From the NCBI GenBank assembly GCA_963924565.1, contig OZ004610.1:4712001-4776000 (forward strand): DNA of 64,000 bases, written 5' to 3'. Under the pieces are notes generated by a model. That model made no database searches and was not told the DNA's origin. It saw only the letters and a list, made by a program, of their open reading frames with translations. Source of the stretch: Ascidiella aspersa (Eukaryota). Shown piece by piece: positions 48,001 through 58,763 of this stretch. The position numbers were made by a program, and so were the translations under genes. Every line of letters begins with the position of its first letter. Positions within the stretch are counted from its first letter, which is position 1.

Positions 48001-51000
48001 TTTTGCAACATTCTACAGAGTGAACCAATGGTAGGCTTAGTGTGGACCAATGGTAGGAAAAGTAAATTTATTATTTTGGGGTTCTTCTCATACACCTTGT
48101 TCTTTACAACACAAGTCCATTGGTGTCAGATCAGGTGAGCGTGGTGGCCATTCAATGCTACCTAAAAAAAGTTTAATAACTGTAAGCCTATTTCTGGCCC
48201 ACCCTGTATAACATTATCCACGTGGTTAAACTTAGAGGATGTTGTTCACTTCAGCCTTGCTTTATTACGTCACAATATTTCAGGGCTCCCAATCCAGAAC
48301 GATGACGTCACGTCGAGAAACAACGACGCACGACAACCGGAATTCCCCCGAACCGAGAAATGATCGGAAGTGTAAGATGTCGATAAAATTTTGTTCCAAT
48401 CAGTTTTGCTCTCTGTGATTTTGTTTGCGCTTTGGACAGCAATGCTGCAATTTGCGATTAAAATAATACGTAGTAGTTCCGGTAAACGAACCACAGTTTT
48501 TTAGCATCCCTTGTATTTTAGTATATTTTAAACCACTAGTACCAGTAAAGCTTTAAGGCAAGCAACTGGAACCACTCCTTCAGTAAACCGAGATAGTAAA
48601 GCAATTTTGATAGGAATTTGAAATGTTTATACGTGTGACATAATAAGACATTAGGACTTGTAATACTAAAAAATATAGTTTCTTTATCATATAACTGTTT
48701 GTGTGGTATTTCTCTTATTTCATAAAAATAGATAGGCGAACCATTCAAAATAATTCAGATCGCATTCGAAAAACAAAGCTATTTACATTACCCGACAAAC
48801 CAACTGGTTAAAAGTGTGTTTAACTTGCAGGAAGCAATAAAATTGCCGATTGGAAAAAAAGTTTAATCTTTTTCGAGAAAAGATTAATGGCCTAGTCATT
48901 TTTTGTTCGTTTATCTTTATGGGGTAAAAATTAGTTTTCCACTGTTGTCCGTTTACCAATTTTGACGTCAAATCTAACATTTTTTCCTTTAAAAAACACA
49001 CCCGGTCTGCAAAGCAACCAACATACTAAATAACAGTTTTTTTTTTACGGAAACAGTATTTAATAAAGATCACGGGTATTATCAAATTGGTCTGATAAAA
49101 CAATTTTCATATTGTTAAATGAAATCGTTTTATTTTTATTTTTAAGGCAACACTTACGTAAAAGTGTCGAAATTTTCGATTAGCTTTGTTTAAATGACCT
49201 TTTGTTTAAATTGGGTTAGCTTTGTTTAAATGACCCGTTTTTATTTTTAGCCCCGACTTTTCGTCAGGCCAGTGACGTCATACATCACGTGACCGAAGTG
49301 GTGCGCGGGAAAAAAGTGGAAGAAGTCAGGGAAATGATTCGACGCCTTGCCAATCAAGTAAGATTGTGTGCCAGAGTTTTGTAATGATTAATGGATTGCC
49401 AACAAGGCACACTTGAGTCGTTGGTTTTTAATGGCTTAACTTGTACAAAGTTCAGTTGTTATATTTGTAATTCTAAAGGATTGCTTTGAATAGAATAAGC
49501 CGATTTTAATCTTTAACCATGTCAATGACTTAACTTGATATGTCAATTACTTTTAAGTTGTGTGACCTCTTTTAGGTCGAGAAATTTATTAATTGTTTCT
49601 ACATATGTTGCACAGAATATCGATTTTTATGCATGAAGAAAAAATAGAGTTAAATAAGTGGGTGGAACATTTTTTTATAATACAGTTTAACACATTGTAT
49701 ATTTATGTGATCTCGCCAGTTCTAAGGCGTATAAAACAGGGGCCACCAAACGTTTTTCACAAGGGCCAGATAACTGTAACGACTAGTGATCGCGGGCCGG
49801 ATATGAAATATTGCTTCGAACTGGCTTGACTTGCATGTGATTAAAATAAAGAATCATTAAAAAATAAATATTCACCAAAATATGGAGCTTGATGAAATTT
49901 TCATTTAGTTGAAATTTTCATCGAAATTTGGCTTAAACTTGCATTCGACCAAGTTTATCGTTATATAACCGTAGTTTTTTTATCGTTATATAACCGTATT
50001 TTAGGTTCACTAAGAAAATGTGCCACGGGCCGAATGAATTAAACCGGCGAATTTACCCGTGGGCTGTAGTTCGGTGACACCTAGTCTAGAACAACGATAA
50101 TAACGTAGCCTACTTGTAACGGGTTATTTAGTACACTTGAAGTCGCAAAGTCATTCACGTATTTAGATTTTAGACTAATCAAAATGTTGTGCAACCAAGG
50201 TGTCCTTAGGTGCTTGACAGCAAACGTTTATGTCCTTAGTAATCCTAATATTTATGGTCGTCAAATTCTGATTCAAACGCTAAAAATGTTTAAGAAGCAG
50301 GCTATCCTATAAGTATAACATAACAATAGAAAAAACACTTTTCAGGCCAAACATAAAACATTATTATATTCATACAATTTTAACGTTTCGCTCTTTTCTA
50401 GAAATTTGACCGCGGCGGTTCGCTGTTGCACTTCTGCTTACGTCATAGCTGTGATGACGTCATCATCTTTACTCTCCTGGCGAATTGGGGCGCTGACCTT
50501 TGCCCTACTGACGACAGAGGGTTAAACTTGCTGCATTTAGCTGCTTCTCTTGGGAGAACAAGGTAAAATGTCAAAGCAACAAACAAAATAGTTTATTTTG
50601 TGTTTTTAGAAAAACTACCTTTTGGGGGTTTCTGCTTTTTTGTGATGAGCGTAATTTACAGAGACATTTTTCTGGAAAATTTGCCCGTAAAACGGCAACA
50701 TTTGGCCTATTAATATAAATTTTGTACCAACCTGTACAGCTGGATTGCAATGAAAAACAAGGTTCTGCGTTTATGGTATTTTTTAAATATCACCAATTAC
50801 AAATTTGAGTGTAAAGTGGCAAAAAATATTTTCATTCTACGTCTAACTAAAAAAAAATCCTTAATTTTTAGAGTTTGCGAAGAGCTTATCCGCTCAAACC
50901 CAAACTTCGTGAACACGCTGTCCCTCGAAGGAATGACGTCACTACATATTGCGTCATCATGTGGTCACATAGACGCCGTGAAGCTTCTCATTGCCAAAGT

Positions 51001-54000
51001 ATGTTTCAACATTTTCGAATTGTACTACAACATTCAACCTCTAAATACGACACTTGAAAAATATATGATTGGATATGAAATATCGTTCACCTTCTTTTTT
51101 TTAAAGTGATAATTGATATTTTCTTCTAGATTATTTTATGGTAAAGTTTGCATATTAAACTATTAAAATAGTTCAGTGATGTTTAACATTAAGGGGGAAA
51201 ATACAACTGTTTCTAAAAAATGTTGACTCAAAATCGAAAATATTAGTTACGGAACAAAAAAATAACTAAGTTAATTTTTATAATCTTTTATTTTATTTCT
51301 TAAATAAATGAGCAGAACGCCATGAACAAATGTTTTTTTACACTTTTCTTTTTATAAAAAAAATGCCAAGCTAAACAACATTACCTGATTTACAAAAAAC
51401 TTTTGCCAATATTTCGTCCCTGAAAGTTGATGTCCACTAGAGTCTTTATCAGTTAACACTCAATAAACACAATGATAGTTACAACAACTTAGTTCCTTAA
51501 ATCGAATGAATAAATACAACAAAGTTACCAAAACTAATAATAATTTACACAGCATAAATATAAAACTTAACTTACACCGCAACAAAAGTAGATGTTAACA
51601 GAAACACGATCACGTCTGAAATGAAGGACGAAGGAGACACGTTTCTGCTCGAGGCAAAGCGCGCCACTAGAAGCATTGTTTAATAAAATAAAACACTAAA
51701 AGGATAACAATCCCAATTAAGACTCTGTAACTCTCTTGTTTGGAACTGTTGTTGACAATGATTTGATGAATTGCCTACTGTTATGTGCGCGCTTCGTTAA
51801 ATACCTTTGTAAGTATGCAAAGACAATACCGACGCTTTCTATGTTTGTTTTTATGATTAAGTCTATAAAACACTCTGAGTATAGCTGTGCTTCAAGTTGT
51901 GAAAATCTCGTAATTCATAAAGTTAAGTGGGCTGGCCTCTGTCCCAACCTGTAGCTTCTTGATAGGTGCTATTTTTTTTCTTTTATATTTTGTTATTTCA
52001 GCGTAATAAAAAAAAAAAATCCCAATTAACATTTTCAACAGGGAAGCGATCCTTGGTCTCGCACGACATCTAACGACACCCCGCTTCACCTCGCCTGTTC
52101 GAAACAGCGACTCCAAGTGGCCGCTCTTCTACTGACTCACTGTGATCGAACAATCGACGAGCGAAATTGCGCGGGAAAGAGCGCAATCGAAACAATCGAT
52201 TTGGCGCGAAACGGGGAAAAGTTTTCACTGGATGAGAGCGCGTGTTCGGATGAGCGCTGGGCCAAGGTATTTAGTCGGATTTTTAACGTTTTTTATCCTT
52301 AATTGTTGTAATTATTTGTTGATGAAAGTTTGATTTGTGTTTAAATACATTGTTGTCCGATGTTTAATTTATCAAATCCTGCGTTAAAAATAAAGGTTTG
52401 TTTGTAAGTTTTTGGGTTAAATAAGATTTAAGTTATTGGACTTGAAATTAAACCTCGAAAACCATTGTTTGAATTAGGTAATGCAAAGTAGATTTTTAGG
52501 AAATTTTAGATTAGGTTAATTGTTTTACTTTTTTTTGTTTTGTCGAAGCCATTTCAAAAACGGAGTTTACTCTAAAAAAATTTGTTTGCAAATGTAGTTC
52601 TTCGTTGCACAAAATAAACTTAATCTGAAATTTTAAGACTTGACTTTTTGTGTGCCTATATTACCAAGTTGTACAGTTCATTTGTATCTTTATCCTCTTA
52701 CACAGTGACAATAAATATATATATGTTCCGTAATGAGCTTGATAGCAAAAATACTTGTGCCATTTGATACCAGATTATTAAATAAAAAGTTGAAACGACA
52801 TCACGTCATCTTTTATCATAAGTGTATTGTAGGTCATAATCTGATACTTTATTTATATTATGTGTGTTTTCTATAATGTCCTTTTCTGGATATATCGATT
52901 CAGCAGTTTAATCAATTGTTTACCATCGTTCATTTTCCGTAGGTAAAAGAGTGCCTACTGAAGCATAACCTTCTCAACAGTGATGTAACAATTGATAAAC
53001 CCTTCGCCCTGGCTTGCATTCTGGCCGCTAGCGGCGCTAATGTGAGCACGGTCACGCATGAGTTGGCTTGTGCAAGGAGGGCAGAGTGCTTAAATGAATT
53101 ATCGCGACCCACTATGAGGTAACGTAAATTTAGCTTGTACAATTAACATTGCATACTGTTTGTAAAGTTACATAGAGTTATGTGGGCCTATTTACTGTAA
53201 ACTAAAAAAACGAAATTGTCTATTTAAGCTGCAATCTAATAAAATGGTTTTAAAACTCGTCTCAAGTTTACCTGATATCATTGTTAGGTATAGTATTATC
53301 TTTTGTTTATTTATGCAAAACACAAATGTGTCGAATTTTGTAACATTTAAAAACGTTTAAAAAGTTGTGATTTTTTATACATTTAATTTTGTTATTATAA
53401 ATATTGTAATTTTAAACAAATGATTTATTTGATATGTAGTACAGATGTTTAGTTAATCCTATTTGATTTCTATTTATAACAGTACACATTTAAATTGCCG
53501 CTTGTATTTTGCAGCGCAATTTTGGTTTACTTTCAAACTCTTTATTTTAGCGCCACGACTTCGGGCAACCAATCAGCGCCTCAGGATGCACGTGACGTCT
53601 GTCGAAGTTGTGACGAAATTGCCATTGTGACGTTTCATCCTTGTGGCCACGTGGTGGCGTGCAGGGGTATGTATTGGAAAAAATGTGTTTTTCTGGTCTC
53701 ATTTTATATGGTTAAAACGAAAAAAAATTAACATCTATTCTTAAACCATCTTGGAATCCAAATAGTTAACCAATATCGAATGTAAATAAAATAGGACTAA
53801 AATTTCTAACAAAATAAATTTTTAACAAATTGCCGCCATAAAAATATACGAACCACAACAAAGCGTAATATGCTTTACATATTATGTAACCCTTTATTTA
53901 CCCCTAAATTTCACCTTGACAACGGTATTTATACGATCACTTATCGAATAAATCATTAAAATTCTTGACGCGTGTCAAAGAAAGGACCGTGAAAATATTT

Positions 54001-55585
54001 TTTAAACTTTAAAATTGGCAATGGATTGGGTGCACAGCACTGTTTTTCAACCTATGGGTCGCGGCCCAAGTTTGTTAAGGTTGGGTCGCCGACTGCACGT
54101 TTTACATGGTTGAATTTACAGAGTTTAGTCCTGAGTGAGATTTCTCTAAAAATTGAGAAAAAATACGGAAGAAATACGAAGGCATGGCTCGTATCAATTA
54201 AATTTCACATAACTTATTAAATGTCATCTCAGCATGTACAAACGACATGTGCTTGGCCGTTTCCAAACTTTACCACTTGCGTATCTCCTTTGTACAGTTC
54301 CAAACTTTACCAAGTTCCAGTCGCCCTGCTTGCTGGGGAATTACCTCCGGGGAAAACCCTAAAAATACAAAAAAATCTGAAAAATGCTACAACCCGGTTC
54401 TCTTGCACCTGTGATTATTTTTCGAACAGCCAAGCTTTGGCGACTCAATTGTCTTTATTGATTTCTCTGTCCCTGAACTAACCCAGCTAAATTACGAAAA
54501 TGAGGTTTTGTCAGCATCTTTAAACAAGCGCTTAACATTTCAGTTTGTGCGACCACAATGCGCAAATGCTTCAAATGCGAGGCTCCAATTGCTTCAAAGA
54601 CTATTGATGGAGAGGAATTGAACACTAGTATCATCAGTAGTGACACAGACGCTTATAAGTTGCAGGTAAATATGTGTGACTATTGCTACCGTTGCTTTAG
54701 CATTTTTCAGATGAATTAATTTTGCTAGAAATCCTGCTAAAGCAGGGGCTCTTAACTTTTTTAATATGCACCCGTAAGAAATACTTTAAATATTATTTAT
54801 TTATACTCTAGGGTTTTAATTAATTATACCCTAAGATTTATGTTGGGCCTTTATGGACCCCTAAAACTACTCCGCGTACCCCTAAGGGATCCATGAGCCC
54901 AGTTTAAAAAAAAATGTACTAAAAGTTATTGTTTTCACAGTTGAAAGTCTATTACTACGGCTAAAAATCTATTTTTTTATTATTGAAAAACGATTTAATA
55001 AGAATATCAAAGCCCATACAGAAGTAGGTATCTCTTTATTCATTTTCAACATAGCAAAAATAAATGAAAATGAATAAAGAGTTATTCGAAACGTTCAAAA
55101 TGATACCTACTTCTGTATGGGCTTTGATATTCTTATTACGTCTTACTACAACCTCCAACCATTATGCTCCGAAAAACGATTTCTTTATACGCCAACCTTG
55201 TCTTTGTTATGTGGAATATTCCCATTTTTAAACTTGAATTCGTATTTTTTTAATAATAGTTTACGTGTCATTTTATTTTTAAGTTTCTATTGTAAAAAAA
55301 TCATTTAAAAAATTAAAAAAAAAACTTTATATTTCAGCGTGAAAATTGAATTAGCCCATACAGAAATACTACCGTATTTTTTTGCTATAATACAAAGTTA
55401 AATCTCTCTATTTCTAGCTGGACAAAATCCGCGAAGAGCAGCTTTGTGGTATTTGCATGGAGAGAAAGAAAGACACGGTATTCGTTTCTTGCGGTCACAC
55501 AACTTGCAATAAGTGCGCTTCAAAAATCAAGTCCTGCCCTAACTGTAGAACGAAGATTGAAAAAACTGTGCAGATTTTTTTGTGA
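18017..55585 (+). CDS. MIB2: Mind bomb 2-like E3 ubiquitin ligase (Mib/Herc2-ZZ-Mib/Herc2-Mib repeat-ankyrins-2 RING), 18 coding exons, ~790 aa
   Basis: Phase-consistent GT-AG exons: 18017-18038, 18287-18342, 38090-38255, 39597-39768, 41429-41560, 44087-44262, 45517-45668, 47167-47323, 47650-47699, 48284-48371, 49251-49357, 50402-50562, 50872-50998, 52042-52266, 52943-53118, 53551-53666, 54544-54665, 55418-55585 (2373 nt). [25 protein letters not shown]...[25 protein letters not shown] is MIB2-type rather than MIB1-type. ZZ finger CDAC...CADC..YDLCTRC; terminal [28 protein letters not shown]...CPNCR. The first exon and the two linker exons are the least certain. Confidence 0.9.
18971..19302. 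repeat. Degenerate ~23-bp minisatellite (aagtcatttaaaaacagtgactt), roughly 13-14 units
   Basis: Tandem variants such as aggtcgtttaaaaacactgact, aagaaatttgaaacagtgactt and cagtcatttagaaacagtgactt. The unit matches the subterminal repeat of the 33027-33465 element. Confidence 0.75.
21620..22000. mobile_element. Foldback-type element built from ~95-bp modules (aaagcccatacagaagtaggtag...)
   Basis: Three direct modules (~21621, 21716, 21811) are followed by inverted modules (ttcacaaaatgctacctatacttc...). The same module occurs at ~26785-26925, 54996-55165 and ~55353. Confidence 0.7.
23424..24196. mobile_element. MITE of the agggatg...catccct / ccgatac-repeat family
   Basis: Clustered ccgatac/gtatcgg motifs at both ends and terminus gaacatccctg. 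Related copies at ~41785-41860, 43324-43716, ~46600-46680, ~56785-57125 and ~63530. Confidence 0.65.
27312..27680 (-). repeat. Tandem array of four ~100-bp tRNA-derived units, each retaining a B-box
   Basis: Units start at 27312, 27411, 27513 and 27610. The minus strand of each carries GGTTCGAATCCC/GGTTCGAACCCC/GGTTCGAGTCCT. No A-box or cloverleaf, so these are not intact tRNAs. Confidence 0.8.
28969..29132. mobile_element. 164-bp hAT-type MITE
   Basis: Perfect 8-bp TSD tcgttaac (28961-28968, 29133-29140), imperfect TIRs and an internal perfect hairpin ttgggggaccg-ttt-cggtcccccaa. Confidence 0.8.
29176..29469 (-). repeat. Solo-LTR-like repeat, inverted homologue of 16798-17101
   Basis: The reverse complement starts tgtaaggcatat and shares ctaggtg..gttagcttg.tagtttat..cc....agaaggt...agaccaga.gt.....tctggcct..gcga.agacag with the 16798 copy. 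Confidence 0.5.
33027..33465. mobile_element. Non-autonomous hAT-like element (gactt/aagtc family)
   Basis: Termini cagtttgtaa...ttcaacactg with a perfect 8-bp TSD ccaattag (33019-33026, 33466-33473). Confidence 0.85.
37708..38017 (+). mobile_element. hAT (Buster-type) MITE, copy 1
   Basis: Termini caggggttcttaa...ttaaccacctctg, flanked by atctaat/atctaaat. Colinear with the reverse complement of 38904-39193. Confidence 0.8.
38904..39193 (-). mobile_element. hAT (Buster-type) MITE, copy 2 (inverted)
   Basis: Termini caggggtt...ttaataacccctg with an imperfect TSD gtgtaatg/gtctagtg. Shares taaaacggttttgcactgaat, ttggaccg and cgtcaatttatgacgt with copy 1 in reverse orientation. Confidence 0.8.
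43324..43716. mobile_element. MITE of the ccgatac-repeat family
   Basis: Termini agggatgtacgata...tgtcggacatctct with ccgatac subterminal repeats. Confidence 0.7.
43709..43987. repeat. ~133-bp local tandem duplication
   Basis: acatctctatttagaaatgcgcaaattaatcgg...aaaacttacaaatataattaaaaac occurs at both 43709 and 43842. Confidence 0.85.
44670..45408. mobile_element. hAT (Charlie/Buster-type) non-autonomous element
   Basis: Perfect 15-bp TIRs cagtggttcttaacc / ggttaagaaccactg and a perfect 8-bp TSD atttatgt. Confidence 0.92.
46141..46411. repeat. Direct-plus-inverted repeat cluster resembling decayed Penelope-type termini
   Basis: ggtaattataattg...caacgtttcgg...aagtcgcttt occurs twice, followed by the inverted aaacgttgg..aacaattataattacc. 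Confidence 0.5.
49737..50083. mobile_element. hAT-Charlie-like MITE
   Basis: Starts caggggccaccaaac...aagggccagat...cgcgggccgg and ends gggccg...cccgtgggctgtagttcggtgacaccta. Imperfect TSD gtataaaa/gtctagaa. Confidence 0.7.
54996..55138. repeat. Perfect 37-bp inverted repeat enclosing a perfect 17-bp inverted repeat (foldback module)
   Basis: taataagaatatcaaagcccatacagaagtaggtatc (54996-55032) and its exact reverse complement (55102-55138). The inner pair is ctctttattcattttca/tgaaaatgaataaagag. Confidence 0.9.
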
Positions 55586-57584
55586 AATTTCTTGCCGAAT
55601 CTAATGTAAGGCGTGGTGCTGAAATATGAGCTCAACATTTTAAGAAAACGATAAAGGAACACTTAATAAAACAGACATTTTTTTTCTGACTTTAAACTTT
55701 TCGGCAATACCTGTTAATGACATAAGTTATTGTCCAAACGTTTTAAAACAGAAATATATTCGATTTTATCGAATGTAATAGCATTTATATTTATATTGAA
55801 ATTGCTTTGAAATCCTGTATATTGTATTCCAGTGTTCCAGAGCTCCAAATGTTTCATTAAATTAAAAAGATACCGTATTTTAAAAGGGAAGCGTACGGCA
55901 CTATTGGGAAAGTTTTACCCAATTTTTATTTTTATCAACCGTTATTTTGCGTATTTCTTTTCGCTTAAGAAAATTACTAAAATCAACTAAGTGCCACTTT
56001 TTACGTGGCAGTTTAAACTTGACTAGAAGCTATTGACAGGAAGAATTTCACAAAATACGCTAAAAAACCTTTCACAATAAAATAAATTGACTATTTTTCT
56101 GATTTTCGAGGACACTTACTACACTAAAAGCAGAACAAGCGTAAACATTCTTCACCTTTTTCACTAGAGTCTACGTTTTTTTAACCTCGTTTTGCAGCAT
56201 TTAAGCGTAATAAGCTAACCAACATTTGGTATAAACAAAATGGTTTCTAAAAATTTACTACGTCATCAATTAAAACTACATCTTTTGCATTTTGCTTTAA
56301 AAATGGTACCGAGAAACCTTCAGCTTAGCGCAAATTTAAAAAAATCTGCAACGGTAAATGTTTCACAGTTCCCAGAAAGCCAGAAATCTTTGATATTACT
56401 TCGTTTAAGTACTTTTGTAATACCTCTTGCATTCACGTATTTATCTGCGATTTATTTTAACTGTGGTTTCCTTGTAATTTTTCTTTTTTTGTCCTTGAAA
56501 CTTGTCAAATATTTCACTTGACCTGCCAGCGTTGTATTTAAATCCTTTTATGTTTCAAATACTCGTGGAAGTCTTACTCAAACAAAAGGCTTGTGAAAAT
56601 TCGATGTACCAAGCATTTTTTCTTCAACACATAACATTTAGCTGAAATTTTAATTTAACATTGTGCTAAAATGTACTATTTTGTGGTGTTAATTGCGGGT
56701 GCGTTCCAAACTATTATAATAACACCGCATTGACATGGCGTAATTTTATTAAGGATAGTTGTTGTTATATACATGTGACAAATGGTAGTATCGTTATTCG
56801 GCCGATACTAGGTTGGTGTCGGTCCTGATACAACTTTAAGTTTTTTACCTTCAAATAGAAATTAACAAGAAAAGATAAATAGGCATACTAGCGCAAAAGC
56901 AAAATGCGACCTCATACCCTGAAAACAATCACCATTATCTGTTTCGGAATAAGTATCAAGTATTGGCCACCCCTAATACCGACACCCGATATATCGTTTA
57001 AAATGCGTAATTTCCTATACTAATCTTAATCGGATAGACACTTATACTACCCTAGTATCGCACGAGTACCAATACCACAACTTGGCATCGGGTATCGGCT
57101 CCGATCCGATATTATCGGACATCCCCAAAATGGATGATATAATAATAATACAAGCTCAGTGTGACGTCACACGAAAAACAAAGTGAACCCACAGCGTTTT
57201 CGACAATGAACGACTGTTTTTTTTTATTCTGCTTGGTTTTGTTACAATCAAGTGTTTTATTTCATTGCACTATTGTCTTTTTGCTTTTGTCAACAAATTT
57301 GGTTCCCCTTGTGCAATTTCGTCTTCAGTTTAAACTTGTTTGTGTGCGTGTTTTTTTGCTTGGGCTTATCTTGTTGCGTGATAAGTTGTTGGCGCCATTT
57401 TATCTTCGCCACTTTTCAGAACAAATATTTCTTGACGTGAAAATGTTGTTTTTGTTATACAAGGTAGAAATGAGTTAGATGTGCGTTAATACGTGCCTTC
57501 AGCATTTCACGCGTCGATGGCATTGACGCAATCATTAATTAGCGACTGGTTAGTTCCCCAAGCACAATCGCCATCGGTAAGTTA

Positions 57585-58240
57585 TTTTAGAACACCTGCT
57601 TAACATTCAACGATTGTCAAATGAAAGGTACAGCTATGGGGACCTCAGTAGGCCTACGCGAATATATTCATGTCAGGATTGAAAGATTCTTTCGTCAGTA
57701 GCTGCTAGTTAAGACCAAAGCTCTATTTAAGATATATCGGTGATATTTTTTTGGTTTGAACCCACGGGGAGCACCAATTACAGTTGTTCTTTAACGATTT
57801 TAATTCGGTAAATCAACACATCAAATTTACTATGGAACACTCAACAACCAATGTCAACTTTCTGAACACCACGGCGTCAACTGTAGAGGATCAGTACCGG
57901 TATAGACCATGATCTAACACAAGCCCACGGACAGTGAAAATATTTTAAATCGACAATAACTCCGCTACATTAGGATTCGTTCCGAAACCAACGACAGAGC
58001 AGCACAACTAAAAACGCTTGCATCGACGTTCACAATTGTTTTCAAAGGTAGTATGAGTAACAGAGAAGACCTCCTGACGCCCGCAATCAAGAAGGACAAC
58101 AACCGGACCCCCATGAAGGCTACTAACGTACAACCCGCGGCTCCAACACCTGAACCGCCTAATCGCCCAATACTGACCAACAATCCAATAGCCGCTTAGA
58201 CAGAGCAGCACAACTAAAAAAGCTTGCATCGACGTTTTTT
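57585..58240 (+). pseudogene. Decayed Penelope-like retroelement reverse transcriptase
   Basis: Frameshifted translation QMKGTAMGT...YANIFM...LYLRYIGDIFLV*THGEHQLQLFFNDFNSVNQHIKFTMEHSTTNVNFL...KPTD...LRYIRIRSE...TYNPRL follows the PLE RT motif order. There is an internal ~38-bp duplication at ~57993 and ~58199. Confidence 0.85.
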
Positions 58241-58763
58241 TTTGCACTTACTTGGGCAGTTATGAACTATGAATATTTGATCGAATAATAAAAGCATAGT
58301 CTGACCGATGTTGACTACAAGCGAAAATTTCCTGCACTAGTTGGTAATATGCATAAAAATCAATATAATGATAATGAGTATTATTAACATTTTTTTAATA
58401 TTTTGTTGCTAAGAGTGTGATTGCTGAGTTGCCAAAGCCAATATAAGGACTGTATACAAATTTCAGCTTATAGCAACACAACTTTGGAGATATTGCTCTA
58501 TAAAAAATCGCGGCGCCAAGTTCGCCCAGGTTTTATTTCCATGGTATCTGTGAAACGAATATATTACGGTTATTTCTACCATTGTCGAAAAAAAAATGGT
58601 AAAATAATATTAGCGTTCGTTAGCAATAAATCGAACTACTATATTTGTTAACAACAATCACATTACATCAGCGTTTTCTGTCAAATTCTACTCTTCGTAG
58701 AATGGTTGATCATTAATTGGTATATTTGCAAAGCCGGCGCAAATATTGCCGCCATATAAGCCA

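Noticed and set aside
48284-48363. Apparent premature stop if 47323 splices directly to 48284
   Set aside because: The 50-nt exon 47650-47699 restores the frame, so the gene is not a pseudogene.
18343-55417. miR-1/miR-133 cluster expected in Mind bomb introns
   Set aside because: No match to either mature sequence was noticed on either strand, and that association is with MIB1, whereas this gene is MIB2-like.
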